This document shows, one piece after another, positions 51,166 through 64,000 of a stretch of DNA of 64,000 bases. The translations under genes were made by a program, and so were the position numbers. Each line of letters starts with the position of its first letter. Within the stretch, counting starts at the first letter, position 1. This DNA comes from Octopus sinensis (Eukaryota), in NCBI RefSeq assembly GCF_006345805.1, contig NC_042998.1, positions 178,498,001-178,562,000 on the forward strand, written 5' to 3'. The notes under the pieces are model-generated. The model made no database searches. It saw only the letters and a program-made list of their open reading frames with translations, and was not told where the DNA came from.

Positions 51166-53039
51166 ATGGAATAACTCTTTGATATGTTCTTATGCTGACT
51201 CCCTGAATTGATAATCAAAATTCTAGCCCTTGTCCTTCATTCATTAAATGTAAAATTACCCAGTATTTGTTTTACTGTACTTTAAAATTTATTGAAAGCT
51301 GGAACATTTTTCCTTAGCACAAAATCCTCCGCTTTGCTCTGAGTTTATATTGTCTTTTCATTAATACTAGATTTGATTTTCTGGGTGAAGATTAGTGGGA
51401 CTGATATCTAATAGGTACACTTCTCTAATATTTGAGTTAACAAGAGAATCACAGCCTCCTGGAAATAACTGCCAAACCTCCCTCATTACACCATGGCATT
51501 TTCAAAAAAGAAAAGGTGGGTAATATTACATGATGTCATGACATAATGCCACATTCACTAATCCTGAAAAAATGATGGGATGATCATGACTGGAATGTCT
51601 CTTCTCAGTCAGGATTGTGCAGGAGATAAACAACCAGTCAGTAAATGTCTGGTTATAAAAAGTCACGAAATTAGTTTTATTGCATGAGTGTCTCGACATA
51701 AATATTTATCATTATGATTGATTGTTGAACAAAATATTTCATAGTTTTTAGCTGTGGCCTTTCGTGCTTTCAGCTCGAATGGTATTAAGGTCAACTTCGT
51801 CTTTAATTGTTCCATAGTCTATAAAATAAAGTACTAGCCAAGTGAATACTGAAGCAATTTATATTCCTAAAATGCATCCTAATTATGAATGAAATTATAA
51901 AAGACAAATAGCGATCCAACTATTTGTCATCAATATTGTTAATAGTTTCTGTCGGTTCCCAGTTTCTAAGAGAATTTGAACAGATTGACTCTACAGTTTC
52001 CATCCTAACTATAATCAACAATCCTGATTATTTTTCATTGATTTTTAATTTTGATTACTGTAGTTATTTTACTCAAAAAATTTCAATACTTTTTTTCAAC
52101 TTTGTACTCAGCTACCAAGGGTTTCATTTTCTTTATTTTATTAAAACTTAGTAGGCTTCATCCACTCTAGATTAGCTTTTAAATTAGATTCTTCTCTTTT
52201 TATGACTTTCTCAATGGCATTAATAAATAATATAAAAGTTCGCATTAACATCAGCTATAAATTTGAAACTTGGTTACACCCAATTCATTGACCAATTAGC
52301 TATTGCTCTACTGCCAAGTTAGTTGCTAAATATTTATAAACCTTCATATTCTAAGTTAAAAACATTTTTTTTTTAATTCCAAAATAGTGTGCCCCAAATT
52401 CAGGTCTTAATTTACCCAAGCTTTAAAGCCTCTCCTTTACTTCAAACATCTGTCCTGAATCATGCAGGCATGTTCCATTATCAAAAATGTTAGGCTTCTG
52501 TTCTCATCACAACTTGAAGTAATTATTAAAAGCCATATAGTGTCTAATGTAATTTATTTAAAATTCAAGCTGCTAATTAACAATTGTTGGTATTCTTTGT
52601 GCTAATTTTTGTCATAAACTCCAAATCTAAATGGAGTACATTTATATGTTTGACAGTTATTGAATGTCCTATCTGTTGGAGTTGAGTAGTAAACAATTTA
52701 TTTTGGAAACAAGTGAGATAATTGTGAAGGTAGAAGCATTAGTTTATTGCAATAAAATGTTCACAGTGCTTAATCTGACTAAAAAGTGGTAAGCACATTG
52801 CATTTTCTCTCCAAAATTAGTGCGTGTGTCTTTTACTATTGCCTGAAGCTGACTGATTAATACCATGTGATTGAAATTAGCAAGCAGGAACTGGATGAAA
52901 GGCCCTTGTGTGTACATGTATGTGGATGCAAGAGAGTATGTGTGAGTGTGTATATGTGCATGCGTAGGTTGTGTATATATATATATATGTATGCATGTGT
53001 GTGTGTATGAGTTTATTCTTCATATGTCCTCATATAGAC

Positions 53040-53520
53040 ATCATTTATGTGATAGTGAATTAGTAAATGTATCAGCCAGATCTCCAGCAAATTCTGAAAT
53101 GTCTTTAAAATGAAACCCCATTCCAGGTTCTGATTCCTAAAACAGTATCTCCTCAATATTGATAAGCTGATCCCCTCCTAGAATGCTGATCATATAGTGA
53201 AGTCTCCTGCAAAGTAAACAACCAAAGATCTTATATCTACATAGATTGAAGATATCGATTGCTTTTACACATACTGTTAGTTGCTTCTGTGCCATATGTC
53301 TTCAACATAGTTGACCAGAGATACGCTCAACATAAACAACATTTCCTTATTGAAAATACTCACCCTTACAGTAATCTCTGCTTCCTCTAATGATACTACT
53401 ATCTAATTTACACTTCAAATTTGTTGACTTTATTGCACTTCTTATCAGTCCTACCTTTAGCACCCTCACCACCCTCAATACTCCACTTTTTGTTTCAACT
53501 CAAAAATACAATACCTCATT
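53040..53520 (-). mobile_element. L1/Tx1-like APE endonuclease remnant
   Basis: VVYFAGDFT motif (cf. xxGDFN) in a decayed purine-rich frame. Confidence 0.45.
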
Positions 53521-54139
53521 ATAACCTATATGTCTTCCTGCAACACTTGTTCCTACAGATTTTTCAAGTTCTGTGTAAATTGTATCAAAAACTCACTTGA
53601 CCATAGATGATCTGAAAGGACACAACCATACAAAAATGCAACAACTATAGACACACTCTTAATTCTATGTTTTAATTGATATACTAAAACAAAAAAGTTT
53701 CAACAAATATTACTAGAAATAAAAATGCATGAGAAGGAAAAAAAATGTTTAAAGTGAAAAATAGTAAATAAAATTTTCCTCATTTGCTTTCAAACAAAAG
53801 CTTTTTGATAAAACCAATTGCATATTACTATCCTGCTTCTACATGTCCCAGTAACTTTCTAATTAATGTTTTAAAAGTCAATTAGTAAACCCTATCATTA
53901 CCATATTTTTGTTGAGATACACTGTTTTTGTTTCAATTAATTTTGAAAATAATGAAGTATTTAGGAAAGTATATTTGTCATTATATTGTTTGGAACAAAG
54001 ATTAACATGAAATCTTAACGGTAGATTTTAATTTAGACCACTTTAAAACCAGAAGTTGATATCATGGAACCAAAGATGATCTCAAGCAAGTTTCCTCATA
54101 TTAAGGTTGATTTTTAAAAAATATATATGTATTATATAT

Positions 54140-54447
54140 GGAGGCGCAATGGCCCAGTGGTTAGGGCAGCGGACTCGCAGTCGGAGGATCGCAGTTTTGA
54201 TTCCCAGACCGGGCGTTGTGTGTGTTTATTGAGCGAAAAACACCTAAAATAGCTCCACAAGGCTCCGGCAGGGGGTGGTGATCCCTGCTGTACTCTTTCA
54301 CCTCTCTTTCTCTCACTCTTTTTTCTGTTGGCCTGCTCGCTTAGCCAGCGGGGTGGCGTCATTCAAAGGCTAAAACAATGCAAACGCATTGTGACCAGCG
54401 ACGTGTAGCAACATCTGATGGTCTTGTTTGGTCACGTGATCACGTGA
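54140..54447 (+). mobile_element. tRNA-derived SINE with GTCACGTGATCACGTGA tail
   Basis: Head and body shared with 3950-4130; 13-bp TSD TATATGTATTATA. Confidence 0.92.
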
Positions 54448-55264
54448 TATATGTATTATAAACTAGTCTGTGAAGAAAGGGAAATCCCTGAACACTTTGC
54501 AAGATCTCTCAAATTGGTTAGATTGATGTGGTTGACATTCAGTTTACCTGACTACTGCATTGGTGTCTGTAGGAGAAACATAGAGAGAAGGAATTCCATA
54601 GAGTTACAATTCTGGTAAAGGAAAGACGACCAGGAAAACGATTTCATACAGTTATTAAAAGAGACGGGAGGAAAGGATGAAGACTATGCAAACAAGTAGT
54701 TTAGAGGCTGTTGTAGTAGCAACATTTAATTAGCTAGTTTATCTAGAGTGTGCTGTAACTTCATTATTCTGAAGAATATTTAATTAGATATAAATTGAGA
54801 TTATGCTTTACAGTTGACTTATTATCAGGATCTTCTTTCTGCATCGTTACTATTTTACTGACCATATTTTCATGTCAGCATGAGTTAGATGGATATGCCA
54901 CTTCTCTTCATCCTGTGTCATCTGTGAAGCCCAACATTTTCAGATCTGATCTCTCTACATATTTCCATAGTGATCTTCTGTGTAAGGTACTCATATCATA
55001 TCATATCACTATTGGCATATAACATTTGCATCCATAGTCTATTTACATTCCATCTCCATTCTGATAAGCACATTTTTTTTTTAACCTTGAGAAAAAAATT
55101 TGATAATTTTGTTATGGTCCTAAATGAATTAGAATCACTGACAATGTGTTGCTAATCCACAGATTTCCAAATGGCACCAGTACCAAAGTAAATTTATTGC
55201 ATTTTATTTAGATGAATTTCTTATTTCAATCACCACTCAACTTTGTCTTTGAGTCTTCTGGGAT

Positions 55265-55455
55265 TTATGTCAGTGAACAGGTCGCAGTCTCAAAGTGACG
55301 AAAATATTTTGACAAATTAAATTTGAATGTTGAAGTGACTCTAACGGTTTTTGTGTGTTTCTTAAATGGCTTATAAACACCTTCCACGCTGCAATTGTTT
55401 TTGTTCTAGTACACGATCTCAGATCAGGTTACTTGTTATGCAAGTACATCGCCGT
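55265..55455. mobile_element. Penelope-type terminal repeat, single arm
   Basis: Direct similarity to 37565-37755. Confidence 0.7.
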
Positions 55456-55936
55456 AATTTATTTAAATATTCCATGTATGCAGAAAACAAATCACTAAAA
55501 TCTAACCTCCATGTTGAAATATTTATTATTAACATTGTTATTGAAACTATTATTATTTATCTAGGAACAGTTAATGTGTTAGTGTCATGAAGAGACAATA
55601 TGACTGAGAAGAGTTTGTTATGACTCCCAAATCACTTTCAGAAGAGAGTCATGAGTAGCAGAGTATTACAAAAGAGATTGTGTAGCTACGAAACACTCAA
55701 CTACTTGTGACTGCTGCTCTGCTCTAGTATCACTTTAATTTTAATTCCTTCTGTACAGGTTAATGAGGTGGGATGAGGTTGGGTTTTGTGTCACAATCAA
55801 AGTCACAGTCAGTTCTTGTAATAGGATATGAACTTAGTTTGAAATCTTACTTCCAAAGCCATTGTGTATATTTAAATCACTTTTTATTGAGTATTATTAC
55901 CATACATTTATACAGTTTTGTAAACTTTACCTAAGT

Positions 55937-56332
55937 GGCTGTGTGGTAAGTAGCTTGTTTACCAACCACATGGTTCCGGGTTCAGTCCCACTGCATGGCA
56001 CCTTGGGCAAGTGTCTTCTACTATAGCCTCAGGCCGACCAAAGCCTTGTGAGTGGATTTGGTAGACAGAAACTGAAAGAAGCCTGTCGTATATATGTATA
56101 TATATATATATGCGTGTGTGTGTTTGTGTGTCTGTGTTTGTCCCCCTAGCATTGCTTGACAACCGATGCTGGTGTGTTTATGTCCCCGTTACTTAGCGGT
56201 TCGGCAAAAGAGACCGATAGAATAAGTACTGGGCTTACAAAAGAATAAGTCCCGGGGTCGAGTTGCTCGATTAAAGGCGGTGCTCCAGCATGGCCGCAGT
56301 CAAATGACTGAAACAAGTAAAAGAGTAAAGAG
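55937..56332 (+). mobile_element. Full-length SINE (GGCTGTGTGGTAAG family)
   Basis: Near-identical to 29179-29573. Confidence 0.92.
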
Positions 56333-56927
56333 AGAGTAACATTGATATTTGTTTGAAATGTCCTTCTGTATCTCCTTTCATTGACTCAAAACTTCAGATC
56401 AAGGAATGTCATATGAGAACTGCACTTCACTTACCTTTATGTACATTCTGATTGAAAATGAGATTAAAAAAAAAACCACACTAAATGTATTATAATGAAA
56501 AAAAAAAAACTGACAGGAGACCAAATTAATGGTGTTTGATTTATTTTAAAACTGCACAAGCAACAGCAGACGGATTTCATTTATTCTGTATAAATATAAA
56601 TATATTCAGAGTCAATATAAGTAAATATGAAATGTCTAAATTTCATTGGTCATCAACTAGAAACCTTTTACATAGAGTGTTTACAGTGATATGACAAACT
56701 TTTATCCTTTGTGTATACAATACATAACGACTTGAATGAAGTAGGTCAGTTCAGTGAAAGATAACTAACATATTGAGGAATACTTTAGAATTATAAAAAA
56801 AAAAGAAATTTAGGACACCTTTCCTAGTACAACCATGGGCCTGGAACAGGGGGTGCAAGCACACCCCCTAGAATTTTTGCGGAGTGCAGAACCAAAATTT
56901 GCAGCCCTACTTATTTTCCTCGGGTTT

Positions 56928-57309
56928 GTTTGTTCCTTCTCGATTTTCTTGGCGTATAGGTTCCCCACTTGGACGGGACGCCGGTCTGTCGCAGGTGAGC
57001 TGCAAGATGCGGGAGGAAAGAGTGAGAGAAAGTTGTGGCGAAAGAGTCAGCAGAAGTTTCACCATTACCTTCTGCCAGAGCCATGTGGAGCTTAGGTGTT
57101 TCACTCAAAAATACACACATCGTCTGGTCCGAGTTTCGAACCCGTGATCCCTCAACTGCAAATCCACTGCTCTAACCACTAGGCCATGTGCCTCCATGAA
57201 AATGAAGTGTTTTGCTCAGGAACACAACGCATCGCTCGGTGCAGGAACCGAAACCACAACCTTACAATCATGAGCTCAACACCCTAACCAGTAAGCCACA
57301 CGTCTCCAC
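56928..57309 (-). mobile_element. Dimeric SINE (truncated Deu-core monomer plus full second monomer)
   Basis: Two tRNA-like heads in tandem inside one 13-bp TSD TTTCCTCGGGTTT (56915-56927 and 57310-57322). Confidence 0.8.
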
Positions 57310-57883
57310 TTTCCTCGGGTTTAGAAAATGGTAAATAAAAAGTGATGTGTAAAAAATAGCTTGAAGTTAGGTTCCTTCTCAAAGAACAAAACACAAAAAT
57401 AAATAACAAAAATAAATAACAAAAAAAAACAAGATCTTGTTTGTAAATATTTTTGGACCTGGGTTTGCACCCCCTAAGCAAATTTAATTCCCAAGCCAGC
57501 AAGTACAACAGGGCATTACTAACAATCTGGATCATAACTTGTAAGTTACTCAACTATAAAAACAATTGATATTTTGAATCCAAACCCTACCAAGATCACT
57601 TCTTTTACTTTCCCTTTATCTGTGGTGAATAAAATACTCATCAAGTCCTGGGAGTTGATTCAAAACTCATATCAAGCATCCTAAAATATGAATGGAATTA
57701 AAATAGAAGCTTGATCCAATCTACCGTTAGATTTCCATATTGTCATTGTTGCTCATAGAACTAAATATCTAACGTTTATTTGCTTTGCAACCTTTACAAA
57801 CATTCATATACTATATTTTTCATGGCTACAACTTTATGTTGATGGAAATATTCATCATTCAGTAGCCTCTTCATACAACAATA

Positions 57884-58240
57884 CGACGCCGTGGTGATCT
57901 CATTCTTGCTCACAACATCATAAGCAGAAAGTATAACCTCTCGAAAGAGCTGTTCTTCACTCCTGCTCCAGAGCATCGGCTGCGGGGTCACTCCAAAAAG
58001 CTCTATCTGCAACGAGTTCACCTCAATCGAAGGAGAGGGGCTTTCTCCGTCTGGGTTGCGGATCCGTGGAATAAGCTGCCGGACGAGATAGTGAAGATGC
58101 CGATGACCGCTCGGTTCAAAGTCTCTCTTGACCAGAAATGGCCTGAACTCTTTGTATGATCACCCTCCCTATACATAACTCCCTGTCCCCCTACATGGCC
58201 TTGCTTTTGCTTTTTGAGCCAAAAAATTAACTTAACTTAA
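57884..58240 (+). mobile_element. 5'-truncated young CR1 LINE with (AACTT)n tail
   Basis: Uninterrupted 91 codons RRRGDLI...RLRGHSKKL...FSVWVADPWNKLPDE ending TGA at 58157-58159. Confidence 0.92.
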
Positions 58241-58529
58241 CAATAAATATACTCTCTCACTTTTGACTTGTGTGACATGTGACCATCCACAGTTACACCC
58301 AACTAGTTATGGCCATACATAAAATAAATTCAAATATTTTTTTACACTGCATGAAAATTTTCCATCCACAATACAAAAGTTAGTACCTTCCAGCAGCAGC
58401 ATCCCATTTTCTCTGAGTGTCAGCAATATTTTTGCAGTCATATCACAAGTAGCTCATTAAGCTTCTACACATTTATCACATCCTAACATGTATGAAAGGT
58501 GAATTAGTCCATTTTCTAACAATCCTTTC

Positions 58530-58765
58530 TATTATAGGCACAAGGCTTGAAATTTTGGGGAAAGGGATAAGTCGGTTACATCGACCCCTAGTGCTCAAGT
58601 GGTACTTATTTTATCGACCCTGAAATGATGAAAGGTAAAATCGACCCTGAAAGGATGAAAGGTAAAATCGACCCTGGCAGAATTTGAACACAGAACATAA
58701 AGAGAGATGAAATGCTGCTAAGCATTTTGCCCACATTCTAATGATTCTGTCAGCTTGCCACCTTA
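58530..58765 (-). mobile_element. GGCGGCGAG-family SINE with internal tandem duplication
   Basis: GATGAAAGGTAAAATCGACCCTG occurs twice. Confidence 0.85.
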
Positions 58766-60174
58766 ATCCATTTTCTAATAATGCAGTAATAAACAGAGTA
58801 AATAGCATGACTTGGAAGATTAAATGAAAGAAGTAGCCAAAATATGGGAAAATAGAAATATTATCTCACGTTATAAACCAAAAAGGGTTTGCACACCATG
58901 TAACTTATAAACAGAAGTGACAGGAACCTATCCACAAAATGGGAAAATTGTTGATGCACTGGATAACAAAGTATGTATCCATAAGCTAAGGTGCTTTAGA
59001 AACTTTGAAAGGAATAAATTTTAGTTGACTAAAAAGAAACTTCAAGCCAACAATGGATGGTTCAATTCCTGTAAAACCTAAGGAAAATATATAATGAATG
59101 AAATAAAAAGATAAAATAAAATAACTGTGTACAGTTAGATGTATGTTTGTTATGGTGAGTTTAGAGCCCCATAAAGAGTATCTTCATCCAGTCTATTTAG
59201 TGTAAAGTGGTATGACTAATTATGTATTCAACAGTATTACCAGTTGTGATATATAGGGCAAATATTAGTAAAAGTATGATAAATACAAGATGCAGTGCAT
59301 AGTATTTGTTTTCTAAGTGCATTTCTCCATTGAGTCTGTTTGCATCCTCTGCACTGGGTGTTCACAATGCAATTGGATGTTGCTCCACAATAGTTCTTCA
59401 GGGTATCATTTCATCATATATATTTACACAAATAAGAAGCCTTTGATTTGATTAAACATAATGTTAAAAAGTGTTCTGAATTATTGTTATGGATCAGCAC
59501 CCATTGCAGAAGGTAATAAACTACATCTTGTGTTTCCTAAATCAAGCAAGTTAAAGAAAGGAAAATGCTCTTACTTTGGTTTAGGTCAGATCAAACCTCT
59601 TTGAGAAGACCTACTATTATCAAAAGTATTCCAGCCATGGTCAACTTGCTGTTTTAGGGGTATGTAGGACTACATTATCTTGTGTGTCCCTTCCTTTCCC
59701 CAAACGGTAGAGTGTGATCTGAGGGAGATACGTTTGTCATTTCTAGCTAGTTGAGGCTCAGAGGCTACTTCCCTTTAAAGAAAAATGGTAACTGCATACG
59801 ATAATGCAATATAAGAAGATAAAATAGGATATATTTCACAGTAATATATATCATACTAGTAATGATATATATCATACTAGTAATGATATAAAATCACCTC
59901 CACTGACTAAAGAGGGTAAACAAACCTTGGGAATCAAGTAAAAACCACATTAACTTACACTAGATAGCCAGGACAGAACTAGATCATAAGTTGGAAGCCT
60001 CAACTTTATTCTTCTTCATACCAGCCATTCTTCTGGGATATAAATTAACATATGTTCAAGTTACACTTCTGATGAGCTTTACTCATGAAACTTCAGGAAT
60101 ATTCCTAACCATTCTATTGCAGCAGGTCTGTCTTACAAAAATTCAGTGTCTTTGACTATACATATATATGTCAA

Positions 60175-60455
60175 TGCCAGTTCCCCCTGATTGGCTCTTG
60201 TGCCAGTGGCGCATGAAAAGCACTATCTGAACGTGATCGATGCCAGTTCCCCCTGATTGTGTGCCAGTGGCACATAAAAAGCACCCACTACACTCTCAGA
60301 GTGGCTGGCATTAGGAAGAGTGTCCAGCTGTAGAAACATTGCCAGATCAGATTGGAGCCTGGTGCAGCTGCTGGCTTTCCAGACCTCAATCAAACTGTCC
60401 AACCCATGCCAGCATGGAAAATAGACGTTAAACAATGAAGATGATGATGACGATG
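60175..60455 (+). mobile_element. RTE-type 3' end with duplicated head segment
   Basis: ATGCCAGTTCCCCCTGATTG occurs twice, then the standard tail and (GAT)n. Confidence 0.8.
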
Positions 60456-60456
60456 A

Positions 60457-60529
<73 letters not shown>

Positions 60530-62569
60530 AAAAGATGGATGAGATGTACAGTTTTAACTTTATTGTACATTTTCATCCATTCTTTTGTTTATAAAATAAA
60601 ACTTGTATGGAAGCGCCAAACCCCTTTTCAACACACACACACACACACATACATACATTCCTACTAATGTTATGGTTATGTTCTTTTTCTGATTATTCTT
60701 TTATCTACCACATTATGCAGTTCCAATTGTTTGCTCTGAAATGACCACCTGATGAAAAATCCATAAATATCCTCAGTACTACTGATCAAAATAGTTTTTG
60801 TGAATATAATTCAATGATTTAGTCTATATTGGTCTTTTAGTGTTTTTAGAATATATAGAATCTCCTCTATGTCCTATCTTTCTGTTCATCTAATCATTTC
60901 CCTCTATAATCACGTACATACCATTCCACTTTTCTACCTAAGTATTTTCCTCTTCACTCATGTACTTCAACAAAAGCATTTAAATATTTCAGGTTGATGG
61001 AAAGCCATTTGATCACAATAGACTGACCATAAATATTTTCAAATAAATAGGGTTAAAAATAGGAAATGACACTGAAGTAAAATTTTTTTAGAAAAACCCC
61101 AAAGCCGGTCGTGCCTTACAGTGTAGACTCAAAAACAAAAACTCATGAGGTTTATGATATGCATATGTGAAGAGTGTTAAGTTTTGTGTGAAACGGAAGT
61201 TTACGTGCATGAGGAAACAATATATTTATATGCAACACACCTTCTGTTACTGATAATATTAAAGACACCTGGGTTTTTTTTCAGTAATGTTTATTACAGG
61301 ATACATATTATAAAGAGGGATAGTTTATGGATAGATCTTACAAACATATATACAACATGATCAGCTAAGAAACACAATACAATAGACAAGAGTAAGAGAA
61401 TAAAAGCATTTAGCCAAGAGATATACAAAAAGCAAAAAAAAAAAACACAAGTGTAAGGTTACAGAAGTAATGAAGGTTTAGTAATAACTGAGTGGAATGG
61501 CTTGATCAGCAGTGAATGTAGCAAATAGAGAAACTGAATGAAAGTACTTTGTTTGTTTGTTTTTTTTTTTTTTTTTTTTGTTTTTTTCTATGTGTTAAAG
61601 GAAAGAAGATGAAAGATGTGTTGAAGGATTACAAGAAAACTGAGAAGAATGAGCTGAAATATTACGGGTGTGATATGTGTGTAATGATAGTGGAAAAGTT
61701 AACTATTACCACTTAGTGAAAGAACGAGTGAATGGTAAACATCAGTTGTGAATGAAGAATTTGCGTGGGGGTGAAAGTAGTTTGTCTCTAGTAAATCCAG
61801 TAAGGAAAACATCATTACAGGTGATCACTAAATTGGTAACTAAACTAATTGTGTTGTAAAACACAAAGCTTGCTTTTTGGTTTATAATGTTAAGAAGTGT
61901 TGCAGGCTGAATGGATTTAGACTCTGCAAAGCCAGTGCACCAATTGTGGTGATAATGACAATAATGGCAGCAGTGGCAAAATGGCAACAATGACATTATG
62001 TTCATCATTGTCATTATCATCATCATCATCATCATCACTACTGTTCCCGACATCACCATCACTGCCATCCCATCGCTGCTACCATTGCCGCTGCCACCAC
62101 CAAAACCACTGACACCACCACTACCACCACCACCACCACCATCATCATTTACATTACAAGGTTATAAATTATGGATTCCAGTTCTGATGCTATTCTTTAA
62201 ATAATGTCTATATTTTTAAATATTGTTAAGGGTTTTGTAAAAACTTGTTAACATCATCTGTTTCATCATTGCTGTCGTTTTCATCTTCATCATTGTCCTT
62301 CTCCTCCTTCCTTCCCCTCCTCTTCTTCTTCCAACCCCCTCATCGTCGTCATCATCATTATCACCATCATCATTATCAATAACATAAAAAATAATGACAA
62401 ATAGAAGAATACTTGGTGGCCACCCATTTGGTTAGATTATAGTTAATATAGCAGTATGAATTCTGAGATAGAATCTACAATCTATTGTAACAAAATAGAA
62501 GCACTTATCTTAGTCTGTTTTATATATGAGTGTAGAGACATTTTAGTTTAATATTTTAAATCGTATATG

Positions 62570-63240
62570 ATGCCAGCCTGCAGGCTTTCCTGCCTCACAA
62601 ACAGCAATCAGTCCTTTTGGTTCCTTGCCAAAAGGATTTCTATCAAATTTGTGGAATCCTCCTACCTACCACACCACAACTAAGATGTCTCTGCCAGCTG
62701 TACTCTTAAAGGGAAAAGTTTTCAAACTTACTGCTCACTTTGCATCCAATTCCACATTGTACGCTCTTGGCACATGCACACTTTGGAAAAATTCCACACT
62801 TTTCTTCTCCACTTCATCGACCTCACCAACTGCAAACACCCCTTCCAGTAACTTCAATCCAACAAGGCTGCTAGCCCTAAGAATGTCCTTCTAATATTAC
62901 CTTTACTGTACTCCATTACTAAGTCCTGTCCTTCACAAATTTCTTTCTCTCTCTCCCTCCCTCTCTCTCTCTCTCTCACTCTCATATATCCTGATATTTT
63001 GAAACAGACTAAAGTGTGTTCCATTCCCAAGAAGAGAAGCCCCTCTGACCCTGCCACCTATTAACCTATCCCTCTCAATTCCAATATCTTAAAAGTGATA
63101 GAACAATTGTTAACAAACTCTTTCTCTAACATGTCTAATCCTTTTTCTTCCTTGGTGACTTCAGTATAGTTTAAGCCTGCAGAGATTATACTCTCCTGCA
63201 TTAATTACCTGTGGGCCATGGCCCTTGAGAAATTTAGCAA
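62570..63240 (+). mobile_element. CR1/L2-like LINE RT N-terminal remnant
   Basis: SNKAASP.. and KVCSIPKKRSPSDPATY*PIPLNSNILKVIE (cf. PIPKKGxxxDPxNYRPISL). Confidence 0.7.
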
Positions 63241-63309
63241 AATATCAGGTCATACCATAAGTTCTGTCTGATTTTACCTTTTTATAAATTGAATGAAATT
63301 TAATAGTAT

Positions 63310-64000
63310 TTTAGAATGTCTGATGGAATTAAAAATTATTTTTATGCATTTGTGTATATTTGAACTAGTTAAATATTACAGAATAATAGAATTAAAATTT
63401 CTTCGATTAAAACCCTTTCTCACATGGAAGTAACCAAAGAGCATTTGTGGCACATAATGCTTTGTGAGTACAAAAAGGAAACTCTGCAGCCGAAGCGACT
63501 GGAAACATACACTCAGTTTATGGGAAAGAATGCTTGAATGAAAGAACTTGCAGAAGATGGTTTGCAAAATTCAGAAGTGGAGATTTCAGCCTTGAAGATG
63601 AAGATCAAACAGGACATCCAGTTGAGTTTGATGATAAACTCCTTGAGGCATTACTTGAAGAAAATCTTGCATTATTAGTTGAAGAATTGGCAATAAAGCT
63701 TATATCAAACCATACAGCTGTTCATTGTCATCTTCAACAACTTGGAAAGGCTCCTAAACTTGGAAAATGGGTGCCTCATGAATTGTTTAAAAGTAACCAC
63801 AAATCCCGGTTTGACATCTGCTCTTCTCCCCATTCTCACAAACTCATTTCACCCTTTTTGGATAGACTTGTGACTGGTAACAAAAAATGGATCGTCTATC
63901 GAAATGTTAAACGTCGCAAACAGTGACTTGGTAAAAGGGAAAAAGCTCAACCACAACTGAGAAGGGAACTTCATGGGAAAAAGGTTCTTCTCTCTATATG
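63310..64000 (+). mobile_element. mariner transposase pseudogene, runs off the window end
   Basis: ATG at 63424 (MEVTKEHLWHIML); frameshift; RRWFAKFRSGDFSLED; GKWVPHEL; LDRLVTGNKKW; in-frame stop at 63924. Confidence 0.92.

Noticed and set aside
53362-53400. 39-nt in-frame exon candidate IVVSLEEAEITVR
   Set aside because: Weak acceptor, and it lies inside the LINE endonuclease remnant.
61998-62204. Poly-Ile/Pro and poly-Met/His ORFs here and at 16603-16803 and 19047-19509
   Set aside because: Translations of trinucleotide microsatellites.

Overview
Eukaryotic, AT-rich, repeat-dense DNA whose SINE, RTE-tail and microsatellite content looks like an octopod cephalopod (Octopus sp.; recalled family resemblance, not database-verified). 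I recognise no conserved host protein-coding exon; nearly every long ORF in the track comes from a microsatellite or transposon. Contents: many tRNA-derived SINEs (several with clear target-site duplications), RTE, CR1-like and Tx1/L1-like LINE fragments, Penelope-like remnants with hammerhead-like motifs, Tc1/mariner (mariner, maT, Tc1) remnants, piggyBac-type MITEs and Helitron pieces. A CpG-retaining domain at about 41-48 kb, with YY1, CCAAT, ETS and DRE-like motifs and first-exon-like donors, suggests a promoter for a long-intron minus-strand transcript running leftwards; several short, well-bounded candidate exons lie along it. The main unexplained structure is a series of local fold-back (hairpin) elements, potential ADAR substrates, including a foldback element whose telomere-like G-tracts face each other unpaired.
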